A DNA stretch of 64,000 nucleotides from Takakia lepidozioides (Eukaryota > Plantae > Bryophyta). Location of the stretch: the NCBI GenBank assembly GCA_030704615.1, contig CM060734.1:51956001-52020000 (forward strand), written 5' to 3'. Made by a program: the position numbers and the translations under genes. The notes under the pieces are model-generated. The model saw only the letters and a program-made list of their open reading frames with translations, ran no database searches and was not told where the DNA came from. Every line of letters starts with the position of its first letter. Position 1 is the stretch's first letter. Below are positions 55,401 through 64,000 of this stretch, in pieces.

Positions 55401-55911
55401 ACAAACTCACTGCCTTCCAACGGACATAATGCTGGCTTTGCCTCTTATATTATTGAGTTCGAATTGGTGCAGCTGTTATTCTGTATTGCGGGAGGGTACT
55501 CAGAATGATAGGGATACATGTTACAAAGAAGCATCAAATCGAGCACCCCAGAACGCTGCACATCGTCAAACACCACTTACTAAGGATCCAAAGTCAGGTC
55601 GTCTCAAGCTCTGCGGCTCTGACTGGGCCTTACACACCTGCTGAACCGGCTGGGCTGGATTCAACGGCCGTTGTTGCCAGGCGCTTGGATAAGGTGCGCC
55701 AATTACGTCCCGAACCCATCAATCCGTGCATCACCATCGCAGTGCGCACCTTGTCACCCTCCTTGGGTGGCACCACAATCTCTTCGAACGCCAGCGTGGC
55801 CTTCCCTCGTCGCTTCACATACCACAGTCCCATGCCAGCCAAGGCCTGTACGCCGGCTCTCAGCAAGTTCTTCCGGCTACCCATACTCCTCTCCATCTTT
55901 ATCTTCTTCAT
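52450..55911 (-). CDS. ABHD11-like alpha/beta hydrolase, multi-exon; start could be 55911, 55896 or 55884
   Basis: HGLMGSGRNW, VDLRNHG, nucleophile elbow SHSLGG, LDSVPG, WLGSNL, AGHWLHTDNP. Intron 1 (55637-54089) contains a LINE. Confidence 0.88.
54239..55396 (-). mobile_element. 5'-truncated RTEX-like LINE, copy 3, in intron 1 of the hydrolase gene in the same orientation
   Basis: High identity to copies 1 and 2. Shares the TGTACTCATAAGACGTTG end with copy 1. Carries an extra segment of about 70 bp at 54515-54588. Confidence 0.92.
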
Positions 55912-56301
55912 ACACACCCTTTGCACCTGCCCAATGCAGGCAGGTCTTCGGATGCGTACAGACCACAGAGCTAGCCCTCAAAGCGTCGACCGGTCCTTTC
56001 CCTTAAAAGGCGGACCCCACTTACACTTCATAATCTTCTTTGAGGTACTCACAGTACCGCACCCCTAGTACAACCTGTTGTAAATTGCCGCCATTTTGCA
56101 AAATAGTACCGCCTCCGGGTTGTCGCTGACGAATTACAAGCAGTGACTGAGAGTGAGGTGGTGGAGGCTGGAAAAGACTTGCTTCAGGTGTGTAGGCAGA
56201 CGGTTAGATTGTCTTCGTGGAGGGTTTTGATTTTGTGGGTGCAGAAGAGCAAAAGCTTTGGATGACCCCAGGGTAGACCGTTTGTAGGAGAGAGCCCAGC
56301 C

Positions 56302-57694
56302 ATGTCGAAGCGCAAGACAGACACAGCCTCTGATCACGACGAAGACGATTCACCCACCACTAAGAAAAGAACAAGCTCTTCTGCCGACTCGGATTCTGTG
56401 GTTGTTTGCGAGGTTTCTCTCTCTACCCCCGTCGTTGCACGTCTTATCTTTGGTGCCAGTTTTATTTGATATCAAGAATTGGGAGGGAGGAGGGAGATTT
56501 TGAAAGTTTGATGAAGTCTTAGGCAATGCTGACCCTTGACAGCAGTTGTGCCGGTGAGCTGCCTACGTGCATTTGACAAAGACATTACGTTCTGAGAATG
56601 CAGTGACACTTTTGGATTTCTTGAACTCTCTGTGACATCAAAAGTTCGTTTCGGAATAGATTTCAAGAAGATACAAAGAAGACGGCTCAGCCTGTTGTTT
56701 GATCTCTGGCGCGTTTCAAGTTCTATCTTACACCTGCTATCTTATTCACATGCTGAAAGTCTTCCAACTAACCTTGTGTAAACTTGTTGTAATGAGAGTA
56801 AGCACTGAGTACACTGCACATGTTACTAGCTGTCAAACAAGCGAAAGGTGGTCGTGAAGAAGTTCAAGGGGACGGTCTTCGTGGACATCAGAGAATTTTG
56901 GAGCAAGGATGGTGAAGATTTCCCGGCAAAGAAAGGTTAATTTTCGTATTGCCTTGCATACAGCATTTTCGCATAAATATATTGAGGAAGAGAGGGGAAA
57001 GGGCCTCAGGGTGATTGCGTGGGCTGCAGGGTATTCAGCCATCCAGAGTTTCGATGGGTGAGGTGGAAAAGGGAAGATGGCGTGGTATGGTTGGTTTGTC
57101 TCAAAGTGGGTTGCCGAGCCTTGCTTTGTGTTAATCACTGTTTTCGCCTGAGTGGTTGCCAGCAATCTAAACCTTTGGGTCGTCTGGGAGCTGAATATTT
57201 CCACAAGCAGCAAGCATTTGTATTTGCTTGCTATGCTTTCTTTTTCATTTCTTTATGTTAACTCTTCCCTTGCTATGGGAACTTTCCATCCTTTGTACAG
57301 TTACTTCATGTCAGTTTGTAAATAAAGCTTTTACAGGGTTTCATCATTTGTATTCTTGACTTGCAATTAACTGATTGTATTGGCTTCCAATTGCAGGAAT
57401 TTCCTTGACTGTGGATCAGGTAAAACCACATACACTCGATGCTTGCAGGTCTGTACAGGTTATAGAAAAACTTGGAGTGAAGGGTAAGGTCACTGGTTTG
57501 GTGAATATCCTCAGCAGGCAAGCTTTCTGTTACTGGTATGTGCAACCTTGGCAGTGGATAGGTATAGGAATTGCTATTGACAAGGTAGTCAGGGCAGATG
57601 GTTGGGGAAACTTACTTACAGTTGTGACTTGCAGTGGGAGGTCTTGCGAGACCACATTGATGATGTCGAGAAAGTCATAAAGAGCCTGAAATGA
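56302..57694 (+). CDS. KIWI: PC4/Sub1-type transcriptional coactivator (ssDNA-binding), 4 exons, about 100 aa
   Basis: Manual splice gives MSKRKTDTAS..VVVCE|LSNKRKVVVKKFKGTVFVDIREFWSKDGEDFPAKKG|ISLTVDQ|WEVLRDHIDDVEKVIKSLK*, with GT-AG introns. Confidence 0.9.
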
Positions 57695-58479
57695 AGCTGC
57701 TTACTTCCAAGTGAAACCCAAATCTCGGAAAGTTTTGAAGAGCTAAGCATAAGAGCACACCTTCAGGAACCGGCAACGTCTATAGCATCGAGATAAATGG
57801 TCCATCCGTTAGGCTTTCGGAAGGCACCCTCTAGACTCTCTTCAGCATTTTGGTTATTTTGTGACACGATGTCATAAGCATCAACTACTGCAATTACTGT
57901 AGCTTTTGTATTCAATCAAAATAGACTTAGTCATGCCCACTTCCGTTCGTTAGATCCTTCTGCTTTTCTTTCTATTCTTGTGTGAGGTTTTGGTGCTTTC
58001 CGTCAAGATTTTGCTCCTTGTTTTTTAGACTCCTTGTCCAAAGTGTTTTATTAATGGTCTCTTGTGATTGCTGAATTGTCTTGTCTTAGCATCTAATTAC
58101 TGCTATTCAAAATGGTTGAACTGTCTTGCACTCTGGGATTGACATCCTGAGACAGGCTGACTTTGTGAAGCTTGTTTGGTGTCTGTTTTTTGGGTCTCTT
58201 GTAATGGTCTGTCTGATCTGTCTCGCCTGCTCCTTTCTTTCAATGCTTGATTCTTCTCTATGTCGACAGTAATGTTCTTTGGAGGTACGTCTCTCTATTT
58301 CTGATCTGCTGTGCTTGCTCATTTCTTTGAATGTTTCATTCTTTTCTCCATCAAATGTGATTTTCTTTGGACGTCTATCTTTCTTCTGATTTGCCTCGGT
58401 TGCTCCTTCTCTCCCTGTCCTTTAGGAAGCCTATTGCCATTGGGTGGACTTGATACGGGAGTACATTAATGTCTCTGTG

Positions 58480-59550
58480 ACTAAATGCCGGCCTTGTGTC
58501 TTTGTTTGTTTCGACCTGAAGCGCTTTGCTCCAGGTAAGGTAGTGCATTGGATTTAGTTGGAAAGCTTGGGGCCTTTCCCTCTTTAGAATATGCCTACAC
58601 GGGCCATTCCCCGCAACTCCCTGGAGTGTGATCTCTGAATGGTAACAAGCGGACCCCTACCGCTTGGGGGCAGCCCCTCCGCCCAAATTGGGCAGTCGTA
58701 TGCTCTGTCTAGCATACTCGGCACTTGGGCTAGGGTTGGTCCTTGTGCTTAAACTCATTACCTGACCTCCTGTCAACATCAACACTCCCCAGGATGATTC
58801 CTGGGAATTGGTTACTTATGCCAAATCTAGGACTTCATGTGTAGTTTTTGGGGTGAATCCCAGGATGGACGAGGTGTCCTTTAAAACTACATGCTCTAGG
58901 TTAGGCTTGGATTTCATGGCTAATGGTTCCATCTCGAGACTTGATAACAGGGGTACTTTGAAGGTTGCAATGCCGAAAAATGCATCTAATAGAGTCTCAC
59001 ATCAACTCAATCTCAAAGAAGTTCGTCCCTTGACTGGCTGGAGGGCGGTTTTAGACATTGGTGATTCAATGGGGCACTCTAGGAAGTCAAACCAAGGGCA
59101 GGGACTTCAACTTGAGAGTTTCTAATCGGTTTGATGCTCTGGACGAGGTTGAATCCAAGCAGCCTGACAGACAATCACCCATTAGTGTACGGAACCTGCA
59201 CATCCGTGTATCTGAAGGATTTGGTACTCTGAATGGTTTACCAATCCTCAAAGTTTACTCAAGACGTGCAAAGTCTATGCATGGGTTAATTGTCACCAAG
59301 CAGTCAGATGGACAACCTGTCCCTAAGTGTGCGGAGTATGAATGTTGTGTAATTGAAGGATTTGGTACTCTGAATGGTTTACCAATTTTCAAAGACGAGC
59401 AAAATCTACACACGGGGTAACTGTCCCCTTTTTGGAGAACGGTTGGCCGTCCAGGAGCAATATTAAGCTACCTAGACGACAAACAATCCACATGCAAGGG
59501 CTGGCGGCTGGTTAGTGTCTGTGTCAACTTCTCAGGGCTGACTAATCAAT
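58480..59550 (+). mobile_element. 5' portion of the RTEX-like LINE family (putative leader, N-terminal coding region, 141-bp repeats, start of APE), truncated
   Basis: 59157-59550 is homologous to the reverse complement of 26950-27263 ([14 protein letters not shown]). SNRFDAL motif upstream. The 5' boundary is uncertain. Confidence 0.75.
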
Positions 59551-59557
59551 GAAAAAC

Positions 59558-60350
59558 CATATGGACTAAAAAAAACATCATATTCACGTAAGTAATAGCA
59601 AAAAAGAAAACACATTAGGGGTGCCATTTTTGAAAGCTACCCAAATGCACTTTTATATGGACTAAAAACATTAAGGAATGAGAGGTATGGACTAGCTTTT
59701 CTGCCTACGTTGTCCGATGAAAATTAAATGCAAAAACAGATTGTCAAAAAAATTTAAAATGAAGCCCACCAGAACGAATGTCAAAAATTCGACCCCCAAA
59801 CCTGCCTTTCCGAATTTACTTGCAATACAGTTGCACTAGCTGCACACATATGTGATATAAATGTTTTTTTAATTATTTATCATGAAAATTTCCGGAACTA
59901 TAGAAATTAAAAGAAAGCCTGCTGGACCCCTCATTTAAGAAAAATTAATTAGTCCGGCGGGGTCCTGACGAATAACATAGGCAAATATGATAATTTATAC
60001 TAAACACTGGGCCCAAACTGGGCCTATTTTCCCTAATGTACATCATCCTCATTTAGAGGCTTTTGGGATATCATCATTACTAAAAAGGTGTAAAAATCCA
60101 TAATCTAGAGGTGCCAAGTGATATATGAAAAAAATTCAAAAATCTCTAATTATTAGTAATAAAAAATGATTTTCTATTTTTCAGAATTAAATATTAAAAT
60201 TTCTAATAAAACAATTCTAGCATATTTGGGGTGGGGCTTTTACTAAAAGTGTTAAATATATCATCTAAAACTAAATATTTGGATAAATTCCCTCAATTTG
60301 AGGTACCTATAGACTTTCATGGAGGAAAAATCTGCCTCTTTTGGTCCATC
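59558..60350. mobile_element. Candidate AT-rich non-autonomous DNA transposon
   Basis: ATGGACTAAAA at 59561 and inverted TTTTGGTCCAT at 60339-60349, with internal TATGGACTA copies. Composition changes abruptly where the LINE is cut off. Confidence 0.35.
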
Positions 60351-61550
60351 GTACCCTGCAATTGTCATATTGTTTGTCCAGAAAGCACGCCCGTGTACCT
60401 CCATACCCCCACCCCACCCGACTTTCCCTCTGGCCTTCACCATCTTCTATCCAGCACACATGGCATGTCGCTCACCACATACCCATCCACACCACCACAC
60501 TGCTGCCCTCCTAGATCAATCCACATGCCTAAAACCGAATAAAGCCTGGGCAAAGGCACCCCCCGCCCCAATACCTTGCACAATATAACCCCCACAGATG
60601 CCCCTCTTGGTCCACCTAGGGCGCCCTATCGCCCTCAAATACCCCCAACTTCACTCGTACTACACTGATAGCTCTCACTCCGGTTCTCGAGCCGGCTATG
60701 GCGTCTACCATGCCGCCACGGACAGAGGGACTGCCCATCGGCTGCCCTCATGGCTATTTTCGAAGCTCTCTCCCAACTCACTCCGTTTTTTCCACCATAT
60801 TACATTTTTACGGACAGTCTCACTTCAATCTTTTTACTTCGTAACCACTTTGCATGCCCCTCCTCCCATCACCACCACCCCAATCGTAATCTTATCGCCG
60901 CTATTATCAAACTTGATATATCCATCAACAAACCTATCTATATTATCAAAGTCCGCTCACACACCGGTATTAACGGGAACGAGGAGGCTAACCTCCTCGT
61001 GCAGCTGGGGCCTCCAAACCCTCGGTTGTACCCTCAGCCAACCCAATACACATTGCACATGTACACCCATTCTGGCTTATGCACCTGGTTCCTGGCCCTC
61101 CGGAACCAAGGCCCATCCGTAATCTCCTTACTACTTTATCTAAAGAAGCCAACAAACGGGCAGCATCTTCCACCAAACTGCATATCCAAAAATGGAAACT
61201 CTCCAACGTACTCCACTACAAGCTATCTTATCACTTCTGGCACACGAAAGCTGCCTCTGATGCGCAAATCCGACAAACACTTAAATTCAGATACGCTCAG
61301 TACATGGGACATCAACGTACGTAAGCACACCTTCTGGCCACTCATATATCCATCGCCGCACTGCCCTCTTTGTTCCCACATATATGCGACACGCGACACC
61401 TGGCCCCATCTTCTCAGCGAATGCCCTCACCCCGTCATCCATGGGCTCCGTATCGCTAGGCACAACCATGTAGTCTGGCATCTACATAAACTCCTACTAC
61501 GACGTAATGAAACCAGATGGTTCTCACTCATCAATGCTGGCACCTACATC
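60351..61550 (+). mobile_element. Non-LTR retrotransposon fragment with RNase H followed by CCHC finger and RHN motif (Dualen/RandI-like)
   Basis: YYTDSS..AGYGVY, MAIFEAL, IFTDSLTS, KVRSHTGINGNEEAN (RNase H), then CPLC...DTWPHLLSECPHP...LRIARHN. Frameshifted. Confidence 0.7.
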
Positions 61551-61555
61551 CAGCA

Positions 61556-64000
61556 TTCCAGTATTCGAGTCGAGTTCCAGTATCTTGTACTTTTGTCTAT
61601 TGTTATAAAGATTATCTTGATTCATGTTTCCCACCATGCATTCGGCCACACCGACCTTGACTTCTTGTCTAGTCTTGTACCTCTAGTATAATATATTGTT
61701 TGTGTTCAGTCATGTTCTCGTCCTTGACAGTTTGGCGAGACTGAAGTTTGTACTTTAGTTAGTTAAGATGGAAGACATATTTGCGGAAATGGTCTCCACA
61801 ATATTGCAAAGTCTTCAGCTCCAGATGCAAAAACTTCGTGCCTCTAGTACTGCCCAACTACAAGCTGATCAGTCTCAAGACCTTGGCAACGCTCTCAACA
61901 ATTTGCAATAACAAATTTCAGAGTTAAAGGAGTCGAATAATGGATCTTTAACCTTATGAGTCCCTACTACAACAAATCATATTGCAATGGTTCCTCCAAA
62001 TATTCAACAGATTACAATGGAACCAAAGGTCAGCATGCCCGAGAAATTTGATGGGACGAGATCAAGATTTCGCGGTTTTGTTCAACAAGTACGATTGTTC
62101 CTACCACTACATCCACAATGCTACTCTGATGAAGGTATTCAAGTGGGATTCGTAGGCACCCTTCTATCAGGCCCTGCCCTATCTTGGTTTACACCGCTAT
62201 TAGAGAAAAATTCACATTTATTATACAATTTTGAAGCGTTCATGTCCGAGTTCACTGCAACGTTTGGAGAGAATGATAGAGAGAGAGTTGCAGAGACAAA
62301 GATGCGAAATCTTCGACAAGGAGCACGTCCAGCTTCCATTTATGCTGCCGAATTTCGACAACTTGCGTGCGACCTCGACTGAAATAAGAAGAGCCTCATT
62401 AGTCAGTTTCGATGTGGCCTAAAAGATGATGTAAAATTTTTGTTGCTGACAATGCCAAACATGAGTACACTGAGCGAATTCATCACACAAGTCATATTAT
62501 ACGATAATCATTTGTTCGAAAGACGTCAAAAGAAGCGATCTGGATGATCGACGATGCACCATGCCGCTGCTACTACGGCACCAAATACAACGATCCATCA
62601 GACATCCGGTAATGATCCTATGCAAATTGATGTTGTCTGATTCAAGCCATTGACGCCACAAGAAAAACAAAGACGGCGCTCGAATGGATTATGCCTTTAT
62701 TGCGGAGAAGATGATCACATAGCATTAAACTGCCCCAACAAGAGAAGATTTAAAGCTCGGGGCACCACTCAAGTGTTCGATACGAGGAGGGGGAAACGAA
62801 GATGTTTAGTCACAGTAGGGACCATGCGGCTAGACAACTTAAATTCCTCACCAAAAAAAGGTCTTTTTCTACCTCTAGACCCTGTACCTTGTTTCACAGT
62901 TCCAATAAAGATCAGGATGCAAATTCGAGATATCTCCGTAGAAGCACTTTTAGACTCGGGCGCTTCAGAGTGTTTTATTGACAAAGACTTTGCGAAGCAA
63001 CACAATTTAACGCTCGTAAGAAAGAAATTCTCGGCCCTTGTTAAAGTCATCAATGGACGACCGTTAGCATCAGAAAATATTCACCATGAAACTCGATCCC
63101 TTGAAGTGAAGCTTAAAAATCAAGCATCACATATTGTTTTCAATGTCATCCAGTCTCCAACGAATCTTGTGATCCTTGGACTTCCCTGGTTTGTACTTTA
63201 TAATCCTGACATCGACTGACGATCACGAAAAATTTCGGCAAGACAAAAATGCAAAAGTACCAAAGGTATTCAACCTTTGTTTCTTGGAGCTAGAGCCTTC
63301 ATGAGAACTACAAGAAAGATGCGACATTTGTACTTTATACGACTCCGATCAAAACCACAACAGACCAAGGTACTTCGACATTACCCACTCAATATCAAGA
63401 TTTCAAGGATGTCTTCAAGAAGAAAAATGCAGACATGTTGCCAGAACATCGACCTTATGATTGTGCAATTGAGTTGCAAGAATGAGCTCAACCACCATTT
63501 GGCCCGATCTACAATTTATCTCAGACGGAACTGGTTGCTTTACGCGAATACATTGATGAAAATTTGTCAAAGAATTTCATTCGACATTTGAAATCACCCG
63601 CGGGAGCACCTATCTTATTTGTGAAGAAGAAGGACGGATCGTTATGCATGTGTGTGGACTATCGTGGGCTCAACAAAGTCACTATAAAAAATCGTTACCC
63701 ACTACCGTTGATTTCCGGACTCCTCGAACAACTTGGACGAACAAATTTTTTCACAAAGATCGACTTGAGAGGAGCTTACAACCTTGTACGAATAAAAGAA
63801 GGAGACGAATGGAAGACTGATTTTCGCACAAGGTACGGACATTTCGAATACAGTGTTATGTCTTTCGGTCTTACAAATGCTCCAGCAATTTTTCAACACA
63901 TGATGAATGACATCTTTCGAGAAATTTTAGATGACTTTGTAGTCATCTATTTGGACGACATTTTGATATTTTCACAGAATGAATAAGAACATGGTCGCCA
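61556..64000 (+). mobile_element. Ty3/gypsy (chromovirus/Sushi-like) LTR retrotransposon: LTR 3' part, gag, protease, RT; decayed and running off the window
   Basis: Candidate LTR end TGACA at 61725-61729 followed by a TGG-starting PBS-like stretch. Gag PEKFDG and CLYCGEDDHIALNC; protease LLDSGA; [25 protein letters not shown] and YLDD. Many stops. Confidence 0.92.

Noticed and set aside
54215-55420. Target-site duplication for LINE copy 3
   Set aside because: The best flank match is only about 15 of 23 identical, which is not distinguishable from chance by eye.

Overview
A 64-kb, gene-dense piece of a plant nuclear genome with short GT-AG introns. The compact layout, TE types and PPR-DYW remnant suggest a seed-free plant such as a bryophyte (inference). 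Host genes: an F-box protein, a plastid-type alpha-glucan phosphorylase (PHS1-like), a frameshifted GT37 fucosyltransferase, GCN5/HAG1, an intronless EMC3, UBA5, ETF-beta, an ABHD11-like hydrolase and KIWI/PC4. Mobile elements: two decayed Ty3/gypsy pieces at the window ends, an L1-type LINE, four pieces of one RTEX-like LINE family (two inside introns), tRNA-derived SINEs, candidate non-autonomous DNA transposons and an RNaseH+CCHC-RHN (Dualen/RandI-like) fragment. The most unusual feature is a head-to-head pair of group II intron maturase-derived genes. One is a 616-aa RT+X protein with a degenerate catalytic site and no endonuclease. The other carries domain X alone. Both have N-terminal extensions that could be organelle-targeting peptides. 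A LINE-split PPR E+/DYW relic lies about 1.4 kb away. All calls are by eye; no searches were run.
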